The position numbers were made by a program, and so were the translations under genes. 64,000 bases of DNA from NCBI GenBank assembly GCA_002633005.1, contig NMRA01000143.1, positions 687,402-751,401 on the forward strand, written 5' to 3'. This stretch comes from Phoronis australis. Taxonomy: Eukaryota > Animalia > Phoronida. Within the stretch, counting starts at the first letter, position 1. Each line of letters opens with the position of its first letter. The notes under the pieces are model-generated. The model worked only from the letters and a program-made list of their open reading frames with translations, searched no databases and was not told the DNA's origin. This document shows, piece by piece, positions 35,801 through 47,200 of this stretch.

Positions 35801-38208
35801 TTCAGGTGCCTCCGTTCCACTGAAGTGAATGGGTTAGTCTTGTGGATTGATGCTAGAACGCACCGAGATCAGTTAAACCAGCCACAAAGTTCCAGTCCAC
35901 AAAAAGCTGCTGTGTCATTTTATTGCCAATTTTCAACCACAGTACAGTCCAACAGTCCTTTTTGTTTACTATGCTTTGACTCCAGTAGTTTTTAGCCAAT
36001 TCTGGTGTGTTTCGAACTATATTTTTCAAGCGACTCATTTTTGACACACTTGACTCCCTTTCAATGCAATCAACCACCTGAGAATCATGGAAAACAAGGA
36101 ATATTAACAGACACCAATCGAGGTATGAGTATTTTTATAAAGAGGATAAAATTTTCTACAAAATCAACACAATTTGAACATTTAAACATAGTTGCGCAAT
36201 TAGTTAGTGACTCGAATTTGAAATAACGACAGTACTTGAAACGGTGGCACTGCCTAGTTTAGTAGTAGACACACAGTGACGGTGTAGCTCCTATAGGAAC
36301 TTCGGAAGCTTTTCAGCGAATTATGCCTCACACTCACTAAATCATCACATTGTAATAAATACCTTTTGCACATAGAGGACACCTTAGGAGGGCGTCGAAG
36401 CATTTAAATTCCTTCAAACTCTACGAAATACTCCCGTTACCAAACTTTTTCCTTTGAGCAGTCCCTCGTTCAGTTCCCGAAATAGGTAACTGGCCATTTT
36501 TACACTGCGCACACCAGGGGATATGACGTCATACCAACTGCCGCGCGCAATGTTAAAGATGACGAGTTTCCGATTTTGGGAACTGAATGAGGGACTGCTC
36601 AAAGAAAGAGTTTGATAACAGTGACTTCGATGTTTTAGTCACTGTGAGGCATAACTCACCGAAGGCTTCCAGCGTATGAAGCTCCTATAGGTAGCAACGT
36701 GACAAAGTCTTATCTCACCGCTGATTGGCTTTTCCCAGATGTAGCGTAATGGCAATTATCGGTTATTCAGCCATTGTTTTAAGGTGGCTCTAATATTTTC
36801 ACTCTGTCTCCTCCAGAAACCAGGAAACCACATAATTGATGACGTAGACCGTGAATTCTTCTGGGCATATGTCATTTTTTTCTTGAGTTTTCATTATTGT
36901 TAAAGCATGTGACTGGTAAGAAGTTGGGAAAATTTTCTTCTTTCTCTTTTTATATCTCTTGCAACTGCTCACCAAATTTCATTTCATTCAATTCACCGTA
37001 TCATGATGTGCTAAATCCGTGAAAGTTAAGACCCGAGGCAGGCATTCTCCCCGACCAGCCATAACTGATCAGTGTCAGCATGGCAGTTTATGGTTAACAA
37101 TTACTCTTAAAATAGGTACATTGACTAGTTTATGTAAATTAATAGCAGAATTGATCAACTTGGATGACGTTCCATACATTTTCATTTCTATTTTTTGGAT
37201 ATCTATGACTTTGTAAGGCTTAGTATAGGTAATTTCTGGCCGGCAAATTTTGGTCACGTGACCAAACCATAGAGATTTTATTGGCTCAAAACCTGAATTA
37301 TTTGATAATGTTTAAAGTGCGATTTTTGGCTAGGTTTTCTTCACAATATTTCCACGTTTTACCGTTTTTTATGAAACAAACCCACAGTTTGCCAATTCCA
37401 TATGACAATAGTGTTTTTTTTGATTTTTTCATTCAAGAAAGTTATTGTGAAAAACTAATTTTGGGTCACATAAATGCGCCTTTACTCCCATGTATTCAGT
37501 GGACTAAAATAAAGGGCTAATTATCGCTCTTCAAACGTTCATAAAAAGTAACGGCTTAACGGATTTTTTTTGTTTGAATCTGCTTTTGATGTTTTTTTAA
37601 ATCTATGTATTTATAAATATTAAATAAGAAGCTGATTTTTTTGTCACGTCCCTATTAAGGTGCTACACAGTCTCTATTGACTCTATTCAGCTAGAGCCGG
37701 TGGTTAATGTCTAGTTCAGTAGGACACTAGTCGGATATAATGGACCCTGATTTAGAGAACCAGTTTCATCCACTAAATATCGGCTGTTATTAAGTGATTG
37801 CCTGGTTCTCTAAGTCAAGGTCCATTAACATATCCGACTAGTGCCGTTCAGTAGTTGGTCGTGTTAATTATTGCAAACATTCGTGAACGAACAAACCAGG
37901 AAGTCTGCGCTGAAAAATCGGAAGATATCGATAAGATGCGGCGCATTTATGCAAATTTTCAGACAGCAAGTGTGTCCTGCCAAACGCGGGACAGTTGAGT
38001 TGACAAGTGTGCATTAGTAAGCCGCTGAGCCATGACTCGTGAGCGTACGTGACTCCGGAGAAATTTCGCCAAGTGGCCAAGGTCAGTAGAAAGATAACTA
38101 AAATCAAAGAAGTTTTGCTATACACTTACGCATAACTTTACGCTGGATATTTGACTTAACAGCAGAGTTGACAGCACACCCTGTCCTCTGCGCAATTACC
38201 CGAAACAT
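32812..38208 (-). CDS. COX5A: Cytochrome c oxidase subunit 5A, mitochondrial precursor (152 aa)
   Basis: Exons 38208-38130 ([26 protein letters not shown], basic presequence), 35135-35008 (..[25 protein letters not shown]), 34365-34261 ([35 protein letters not shown]), 32958-32812 ([48 protein letters not shown]). Contains the hallmark COX5A motifs; GT-AG junctions with compatible phases. Confidence 0.97.
36275..36700. mobile_element. Foldback (palindromic) element in COX5A intron 1
   Basis: Outer arms CTCCTATAGG..TATGCCTCACA vs TGTGAGGCATAA..CTCCTATAGG. Inner arms TTTGAGCAGTCCCTC.TTCAGTTCCC vs GGGAACTGAATGAGGGACTGCTCAAA. Confidence 0.75.
37723..37845. mobile_element. Hairpin MITE with a 9-bp TSD (Mutator-like)
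   Basis: ~40-bp TIRs CACTAGTCGGATAT..TTAGAGAACCAG / CTGGTTCTCTAA..ATATCCGACTAGTG. Perfect direct repeat GTTCAGTAG at 37714-37722 and 37846-37854. A related partial copy lies at ~58709-58785. Confidence 0.8.
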
Positions 38209-38357
38209 TTTGAATTTTTCTCTTAGATGTGACTTGTGGCCCACAACCGACAAAGATGGCGGAAATGTACTACGATCCGGAAGTAGGGTATGCGCCTGTG
38301 CAAAGCAGACGGTAGTCAACATCCGGTCATGTACTGAGTCATTTGATTGAGTTCCAC
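38209..38357. promoter_or_regulatory. Bidirectional promoter COX5A/JTB with YY1 and ETS/GABP-type motifs
   Basis: Lies between the divergent genes. AAGATGGCGG (YY1 consensus) at 38253-38262 overlapping CGGAAAT, and CCGGAAGT (ETS) at 38277-38284. Confidence 0.7.
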
Positions 38358-38533
38358 GTAGGTTTTTTTGCGAAAGTACAGCGTATTTCTCCGTTTTGGA
38401 CCTCTGTATCCACTTTAGGAATTACACTGAGGTTCATGAGTGTCAAAATATTTTTTCCATTGCGTGGTTGACGATCTGAATAGACCCGAGTTGTTTCTGT
38501 TCAGTCGATTGTTCACTCATTCACTGATTCAGC

Positions 38534-38690
38534 CAGGCGTGCGTTCAGTAGACGTTAGGACCTACGCTAGGACCTAGCTAAAACCTAGTCAAAGTCACGT
38601 GTTGTCATTTAAAATGCACGGCAATATCTCACGTAATCTCGCGAAGTCTTGCTTTTTAGCGAGGTCCTAGTGTTACTGAACGGGAGGCAG
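38534..38690. mobile_element. ~155-bp MITE family 1, copy 1 (hAT-like)
   Basis: Imperfect TIRs (CGTTCAGTAG..TAGGACCT / AGGTCCTAG..TACTGAACG). Flanks GATTCAGC / GATTCAGT give an 8-bp TSD with one mismatch. Near-identical copies at 58548 and 63777. Confidence 0.8.
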
Positions 38691-38883
38691 GATTCAGTTC
38701 AGTTAGCATCGGTCGGATTAATCAGTCTTCATACGAGTCTACTTCTTGCGACTTCGATTTACTCATCAGTTTTGTTTTTAAAATCCTTTCAGGTGGAAAC
38801 AGAAAGATGTAGTTCATTTTCAAGGCACGGTTGGTGTGTGACACTAGATGCTTTCAGGGTTCATCAGGAGTATTCTGAGGAAA

Positions 38884-41810
38884 ATGATTGAGTTCTGTAC
38901 AGTGAGGCGGATGATTGTAGTCCTCTTCATACTTGGAATGTAAGTTACAAGAGACATTGACAATTGACATCATGGCGATTCAGGGTCTTTTGTAGACCAC
39001 TTCCTATACATTTGCAAGCTAACGGTTGAGGGGTAGGCAAACGGCTTACCACTACTCACACTACTGGCCATTTTTACACTGCGCGCACTCCTGGCATGCC
39101 TAGTCTAAAAAGGAGCACGTGCAGTGTAAAAATGGCCAGTTGTCGATTTGGACAACTGAGCGAAGTCTTGAAAAAAATAGTTTAAATACGGAAGTATTTG
39201 TTCAAGTTGGAAGGAATTAAAGACATGAGCGGCCTCTTAAGGTGTCCCTCTATGCGCAAAAGATATTTATAACAACGTGACTTTGATGTTTTAATCAGTG
39301 TGATGCTTAATTCGCCGAAAAGCTTCTGGCTTTTGAAGCGCCAATAGGAGTGTCGCCGTCTCTACTGGGGCCAGTCGAGACAGTGGATTGTCTTTACTGG
39401 GAGTACACAGTACAACCATCTGAACTGGACCAGCACAGCTGTCACAGAAGCCGATCATCCCATAGGGCCTTGCATCATACCCCGGACGCTTTTCAACAAA
39501 TTGTGCCTCACACTGACTCAGTCATAAACATCACATTTTTACTAATTACTTTTTCAGCATATAGTTACAATTCGGAGACTGTTGATTCCTTCCAACTTCA
39601 AGAAATATTTGCGTAATTAAGACTTGTTTTCACTACGTCTCTTCGTTCGCCATTGATGCCATCTTGTCCAGGGACAAGAGGGGGCGACACTGGGCCTGGT
39701 GGCCAAGTTTCAAGCTCTAATGCATTCTGGCAGACTACCATGGTAACTTGCAATTAGTGATTGGCTTCTTTCAGGTGTCGTGGAGGTTGATCTTGATGTG
39801 ATTTAAAGATTTTGTATGTAATCAAAACAGAGATGGCCCATTTCCCAATTATGTTAACTGAACAATGTACTATTCAGAAAGAAATGTTGATTGTGGGAGT
39901 ATTCGTATGAGACCCCAAGTGGCTCCAAATTTGTCGGGAACGCTGAAGAAGAAGAAGCTCCAAATGTGTCCATTTATACTTTAAAGATAAAGCCAGGGTT
40001 ATGCATAATTTGCAGAAAGTCGTTCAGCATACAGTCTACATTAGGGTGTGCCATCGCCTACGCTGGGAGCTTAGGGTAAAAATGTTTGTAAGGTATCGTC
40101 ATGTAAAATACGCTTGAAACGTTATTTGCAGGGATAATCCTGACAAGGCTTTCACTGTACCCTTTGAGTGCGTCTGATGATGAAACGTGAACCTTTTTTC
40201 AAAACGTTGTAAGTGTTTTGAATTGAAGCGCAACCATGGATAGGTTGCAGACCCATGTCTCCAAAGTAACATACTGCGTTACTGTATAACAGCAACTTGA
40301 CCGGGGTCATAAAACAGTCACGTGCGTCATTGGTTATGAATACCCTGTGAAATTGAGAAACCATTTTGGATGAACTGTTTTTGAAATCCTATTAATTTTT
40401 AAAATCATTTTTTCTCCTTAGAATTTCCATGCTGATTATGGTGACAGAAAACAAACTCTCTTCCTCTGTGCCGGAGCATAAAGATGTAACGCTGAAAACT
40501 ACGATTGGAGAGAAGAATGCAAAAAATGACAAGTGCTGGGAGAATGAAAACTTCACAACAATGGTGGACTGTGCACCTTGTAAATCCCTTCAAATGGTGA
40601 GACATTACAGAGCAAAACTGTGTGTGGTGAGAGGTGCTGAATTCATGTTGCCTGGGTGGCAGTTTAGCTGAAGCACCGCAAGTGAAAATTCTCCTCAAGT
40701 TCTTGTCAATAAAGGTGCATCTAGTCATGTGCTTCATGTAAAGGAGGTCACATCTAAAATCTGTGGAATAGTCACAAAATGACTAAATTGGGGTTTGAAG
40801 TGTTTAACAATTTTCTATGCTAGATAAAAGTAATACAGTTTTATTAATTGCTTGTAAAAATTCTTGTTGGAACTTAGTGGGCTTTAATTCTTGAAGTAAT
40901 GTTGATGTTACATTCCAGCAACTAAATGTGTCCTTTTGCAAGGAAACTGGATATTACTCCAAAGTTAGATGTGAAAAAAGCAGAACAGAAGCATTTATGA
41001 GGTATGTGTGAATGGAGGTATGTGCGAATGGAGGTGTGTGTCTATGGAGGTGTGTGCCAATGTTGAACATCAGACATAATATTCTTCAGTGTGTCAAGAA
41101 CCCAAAATGCTTGATGCAGTCTTCAATATGTGTTTGACTTAGAGTAAAAGGGACAAGTTGGAACACTCAGCCAGTGATCAGTAGCAACTTGACGGCATCA
41201 TTAGCAAATGAAGTTTAATTTACAAAAAATCGTGATTTCCCTTGTTCAATCTATTGTGATATAGGCAGTTCATGCAGTCATGTTAACCTGTTTTTCTTGT
41301 TTACATACTTGATTGTCATAACAAACATTAGTTTTTATTGTATTTTTATGGCTGTAAATTATTGTGTAGAGCCATAATGTTCAACTTATAACTTTGACAA
41401 ATAAGTTTGAAGTTTGAGACTGCTTAAGTGAACTAAATAGCATCTTCGAAGTCAATCTCGGACTTAATGCAGTCGTTGAAAACCTGAAGTGCCTACTTGC
41501 CTCATACCAGAACACCAGCAATTAACTTATGTGGCAAAAACAAAATCAAAACTAACTCAAAACTCACGATTGAATTACTTGCATGTCTCAACAAAATAGT
41601 CACACTGGTTCTGAGACTATGATGTGAATGTACTTGGTTTCTTCCAGTTGTACTCAAGTAGGGAAGTTGGAAGCTAGGGACTTCTGGATCTTTGAGAGTG
41701 TCACGTTTGTTGTTGGATTAGTGTCCTACGCAGTTGTATTTTACCGACAACGCATGCTAGATCAACAGTTAGCAGACAGAATCAACAAGCAGATTGCTGC
41801 CGGTGTGTAG
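38884..41810 (+). CDS. JTB: Protein JTB (jumping translocation breakpoint) homolog, 158 aa (170 aa if the in-frame ATG at 38848 is used)
   Basis: Exons 38884-38939 (MIEFCTVRRMIVVLFILG; exon acceptor at 38793), 40422-40596 (..KCWENENFTTMVDCAPCKSLQM), 40919-41001 (QLNVSFCKETGYYSKVRCEKSRTEAFM), 41648-41810 (SCTQVGKLEARDFWIFESVTFVVGLVSYAVVFYRQRMLDQQLADRINKQIAAGV*). The 6-Cys domain, FWxFE, TM segment and RQRxLD...KQI match JTB. Confidence 0.93.
39063..39370. mobile_element. Second copy of the same foldback family in a JTB intron (central hairpin plus one arm)
   Basis: Hairpin ACTGGCCATTTTTACACTGC..GCAGTGTAAAAATGGCCAGT (39063-39140). The reverse complement of 39120-39370 aligns with ~36265-36510. 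Confidence 0.75.
40999..41062 (+). repeat. 4 x 16-bp repeat of a JTB splice donor
   Basis: GAG|GTATGTGTGAATG, GAGGTATGTGCGAATG, GAGGTGTGTGTCTATG, GAGGTGTGTGCCAATG. Confidence 0.9.
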
Positions 41811-42002
41811 CAGCGCAAGGTATGGGAAATGGAGGCTTTTTACAGGTGGGTTGCTAAACTCGCCGGATACTCTTCGACAACTTATCAGGATGTTGAAGAT
41901 GTGCAAGGATACCTGGAGCATTGTGGAGGAGGTCGTTCTTCTAAGAGGAGGATTATCACACACAAAGACACATTTGTCCATGTTGAAAATGCTGTGAGGA
42001 TG

Positions 42003-42067
42003 TAGTGATGCATTTGCATGTGTTAGTGATGCATTTGCATGTGTTAGTGATGCATTTGCATGTGTTA
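42003..42067. repeat. 3 x 21-bp tandem repeat in the JTB 3' region
   Basis: (TAGTGATGCATTTGCATGTGT)3. Confidence 0.9.
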
Positions 42068-42928
42068 CCTTTGGCCAACTTCACCTCTTGTGGTGGGGGC
42101 GGATCCAGGATTTTTTAAGAGGAGAGGTCAGGTCAAGGATTTTTTTTAAAAGGTGTTGCAAGTCAACCATCTGATAGTTCTAGATTTGATATCTCTAAAA
42201 TCAAAGGGAAAGTGGGTCTGGAACCCTTGTGCCCCCTGGATCCACCTGTATGAGGTTTGCCGTTTACAGGTCTTGCCAAAAGTGTAATGTTGTGGAATTC
42301 CCCATAGCGTTTTGTCATGACTAGAAATTACAGTGAATTTACCTCTAGGCTTATATGGTGAAAGTGCCAGTTGCGTATATAGGATTTATAATGTGTAAGT
42401 ACCCATTATTTTTGCCTTTGAAAGTCGTCATGATGGTAACAAAGTTTTGGCACATGGTGTTACACTGGTTTTAGAGGATGTTAAGAGAACTTTGGTACTT
42501 TTTAGCAAACAAGCATATAATGTAAAATCAATGGTGGCTTGATAGCCCTTGGTTTCATTCAAAACTTGCAGAGACTCCCGTGGTATATTTTAATGACCGA
42601 GGTTCCATACATTTTGCTTTTGAAAAACCTATGATGGGTCCACTGGTATGCTCCCTTCCAAATGGGTTCTTTACCTCTTCCCAGATTTACTAAGTTGCTA
42701 GGCACAAATATGTGCTGAAAAACAGTCCTGCATTTGTTTTGACATGGCAGTTTTTCCTTTGATGCTACTCATATATAGGAGTTGTTGGAAGATAACTGTG
42801 GTAGAGTACTGTTCAATTGTTCACCGCTGTGACCAACAAATTGAAGCTGTTAGAGAGGTTGTTATAGACTTGTTCATACGTTTTGTAAAGAAGTTAAGTT
42901 TATAAAATTATTGTTTTAGAGCAACGCT

Positions 42929-43147
42929 CATGCACGCACCCAGCCTGAAAAACGAGGGGGCTCAAATTTTTAGAAAGTGAACCTTTTACTATGAAGATAA
43001 GCTATGAATTGTGCATTAGCCGAATTTTGGTAGTACCAACTTTTTTAGTGGACATTTGTCTCATTTTCTACTTTTTTGGTGTTTTTGTTACTCTGAGGCG
43101 GACCTTTTTGCCCACTTCGTTTGAGCCCTCCCCCGGGTGCACGCATG
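42929..43147. mobile_element. MITE family 3 copy downstream of JTB
   Basis: CATGCACGCACCC / GGGTGCACGCATG termini, flanks ACGCT / ACACT; interior homologous to the 27728 and 31678 copies. Confidence 0.7.
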
Positions 43148-44276
43148 ACACTGTGCCTGAAATCGAAATTGCCCATTCAAGTAAATTTTTTTATCTCACT
43201 GGTTGGCATAAGTATAGTCACATCTCAGTTTAGTAAATGAAAAACTGCCAAGAGGATTGTCCCTTGCCTACTGTGGCCACCAGGGGGCATTGTTTGAAGG
43301 AAGTTCTGTTGACTTGAAACTGTTACACCTAAATTAAAATTTAAATCACATGTTGGGGTAAATTTTTTATCCATGATTATGCCACATACTGTACATGTAC
43401 ACTTAGGTCATATGAAAAATATTGCAATACAGTTCAGAGGGGGTTATAGCGTTAAGGTAGTGTTTGTAACCGTAGGTTGTTCAATTTCAATTGATCAGTT
43501 CTTTGCCTGGAATTGCAGCGGTCAGCTTAGTTGGGTGTTTGACTTGACGTGATTATTCAATAATTAATTGTTGGTTAGATATTTCATTTATTTATTTTCT
43601 CCTGGCTTTAGTTGAGTGAATTGTAAAAAGTATTTATTTTAAATAAAAAGGCATACTTGTTTTTAAGCAAGGTATTTAATTTCTGCAATAGATTGCATTG
43701 TTGACATGTTTTAAGGTTACTAAGAATGAAAAATCAAAATTATATGCTGTAGTTTAAATTTGCTGGACCAAAGTTTGGCCAACAAGACTGCTAAAATTTA
43801 ATGAAATTGAAGTATACTAAATTTTTTAAAATGAGTCATAATTATTCACTTGGCACAAAGCTGCATGTCCTTGTATTCACTAAGGATAATGGAATATTAG
43901 AATTTTTCTTGGACTCAATTAACTTTTTGCAATGATTGTTACAGAATGCAAAGGATTCCTGACTTCAGGATTCAGTTTTCGTGCCTGCATAGAAAATATG
44001 ATTCATTTTGATGATTAAAATAATTAAATGGTTTAATTTGAGGTTTAGTTGTCTCATTTGCCAAACCGGGGTCCAGCAACTTATAAGAAATAAAGGAAAC
44101 CTATACTATTGGGCTTAGTTACAGGTTGGTGGGAGACTCCAAAAGTAACAGACTGCTACGGTGTGGTTTGAAAATGTTGACCGTGCAAACAATCCTTCGA
44201 AAACAGAGTTGACGAATATCCTTTATATTCAGAGGCAATCCTTTGAGACCCACACTGGAGCAGTCGTGGTCGTGTC

Positions 44277-47200
44277 TTACATTACAGAATGCCGACGATT
44301 TTCCCTCGGTCCACTAGACTTCTTAGTGTTGTAGGACTGAAGACGCCAACCTACTAGTGACATCTTGTGTGCCGTGTTCGGGGAGGCTAAAGTATGCAGC
44401 TGGCTCGTTGATCGCGAATTGTCGCCTTCCGCGAGGTTGCGAGTGCAGATCATTTTGGCGAATTCGCGGCGAAATTTTTGACTAAATATGCTGTAGAGTA
44501 GCGGGTTTGCGGCCGAATTGATGTACGCCATTGTCATGAGGAATACTAAAAAACTCCAAGAGGGCTGAAATTTCTCCTCTGACAATGTGTTGTAGAGCAA
44601 AACCACTTGAAATGGCGAATAGCTTATAAAATACACTATGACACAAATAATTAACATTTTCACCACATTTCGTCTCCCTCTCAACGCTTCGCTTACACGG
44701 AAAATCTCCTTGCCTTTAGAGTTCTTACAAGACTTCCTCTGATGTAACGCTTTGGTGTTGGCAAACAGCCGTCGTCCTATCAACACGTACAGAATAGTTT
44801 GTAGTAAAAATGGCAACATGTAAAACACGAAGAATTCCATGTATTTGTAAAACATGTAAGACACGTGGTGATTTCCGGGAAAAATAATTATGCAGTACTC
44901 CACCGAAGCGTTGTTGGCGGCTTTTCGGACGTCGTTGAAGAATAATGGCGGGGAAGCGACAGTGATGGCCGTTAGCCACATGAGGAATATTATCAAAATG
45001 GCGCGCTTTTTGCTGCACAAGATGTGAGCGCGGAATGGATGAACTGTGGCTATGTATCTGAAACGAAAAACATACAGTATAAATCTGCGATCGCTCATGC
45101 TATCACTGGTAAGGTTCGTTTGAATTCTATAACCGAACTTGTCGGTGTCCACATACATGTACATGTAGACTACGTCGTTGTTTTGTTGAAATGACCGGAC
45201 AAATCACTTGCGTACATGTATAGAGATGTATGTACACTGAGTAAATTGTTGGGGGACCAAGACACGCGCCTCACGGACATATAAACTCAGTTCACAGACT
45301 CACTAACTGGCTTGTCTGCAAAACACAAAACGCGGCTTAATCCACTCAAAAAAAAACCACGGCCGACTGACTCGCATCCAGCCCACTAAATGACAAACCG
45401 CCCGCAAACGCGACTCTGAGGCCGACCTGAAAACACGACCTATTGATTATTTAGTTCGCTGCTTATTTACGGCTATGAACGGCACGGCATGAGATCAATT
45501 TGACTCACTGTAAAATAATATTTCGGGAGAGAACTTAACTGATACAACGCACTTTTAGAAATCGTTTAAAAAGTGTGGCTCCGGGGGTATAGGCGGCGTC
45601 GCTCAGCAACTTTACAATGTGTTGTAGTGATTGAAAGATTTAAATACATGAATTACTCCGAAAACTTAGTTACTCTTGGCGTAACAGATTAGTATCGTAT
45701 GGGCGAAGGGTGAGCCATAACCTTCAAGTCAACTTAAAGTTGCTTTTCTTTAGCTTTTTAAAAACGAATTTGAGTCGTTTACTCTGACTCTTAAAATAGG
45801 TCTCGTAATATTCTTTACCGACAAAATCCGTCGTCGGCGACTGAAAAAAAGCGCTTCGGCAGAGATCACTGGGGCTTGGGAATCCTAAAATTGCAGATTG
45901 GAAACCGGCACATCCGCACATTGTCTGTGAGCTGAGTTGCGGGCCGGGCTCATAGAGGAGTATGATACTGTTTTAAACGCTATAGCTCTTCTGTATTGAT
46001 GGCTGAACGGGAGAAATAGAGTTTTAACTTAAATTTATATGGTTGTGTAAAATATTAGTGACGCATAATTCCGATATATTAACAGAGAATAATGGATATA
46101 TTATCTAACACGAATGATTAATTAACTTGTACTAGTGTTGTTAAATTGGCTCGGGGACACTTGCATCTTGGCCATACCGCAAGATGCAGACGGTCCGTCG
46201 CAACCACCAAGGAAATATCCCGACGGTGTTTCAAGTTTTAAAGTCGTGCCTGCGGCATGGAACGAGAAAATGATGGATAAGTAGAGAGGAAAAACATGAA
46301 AATGCATAAATTTCGTTTTAACTTCTGAACTATATATGTATTGTGGCAAAACATTTTGTATAAAAGAGTGCGTTCCGTAAATGCGAGCAACTCGCAAAAA
46401 GCTATTAAACCATGAAGAAATTCTCGAGTGAGTGTTTCGCGAGTACGCTCACCGAGCTTACTGCTTGCGAAGTAATGTGTCGGCCTTAGTGAAGACTGGT
46501 CGATGAGGTTGCATTGTTGAATTACGAAATATAAGATTCACCATTTCTGTTTCGTAAGTAAAAATTTCTCGCAGCAAGTGTTTTGGGAGCGTCATGAGTC
46601 TACGGAACGTATCCTAGCTTGCAGTCGTTATTCCCGGCGGATTCGTGTTTCGTTTCCACACTCATGGTTTAGGCTGTACCGGCAACGCATTATGGTCCTT
46701 GTCCAAATATTATTGTTCTTTAAAAAGATACTAAACCCTGATAAGATGATTTTCCCCAACCCTCGTCTTATTCACTGGTCTTGCGCCACTGACGTCTCAC
46801 TTGAGGGACACTGAAAAACCGATTTCAACTAACATGACTGTCACCCTACAAAATGTCCAAATTTGGCTAATTTTGGAACGCCATACGTCACAAACGGCTT
46901 TTTGGATAATAATGAAATAGATGGCGTGCTTTATACACAGTTCGCCAACACTTTCTTAGGAATTGTTTTTAATATGGTTTTAAGAAAAAAAAAACTGAAA
47001 AGAACGAGAACGAAATGAGAATTTATCAGGAATCGTTACAGCGTTTCAGAGATTTCCCCATCATGAGTGAAAATTCGTTATGTCGTTGATGTTTTGCAAC
47101 CAATGTACCCTTCTTTTTGGTTACTTTTACACCCTCACGGGACGCGATTAAAGGGAGATTGGTATAAAGCTCAACATGAAATTCTACGGCCTTGTCTCTT

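Noticed and set aside
38256-38841. Spliced uORF MAEMYYDPEVG|WKQKDVVHFQGTVGV* starting at the YY1 ATG
   Set aside because: Requires a JTB TSS upstream of 38256 and the donor at 38288; neither can be shown from sequence.
38835-38880. Minus-strand CTGATGA-ACCCT-GAAA resembling a hammerhead ribozyme core (similar near-misses at ~38750-38770, 40173, 21238, 28315-28345)
   Set aside because: Helices I and III cannot be formed and the conserved core is incomplete.
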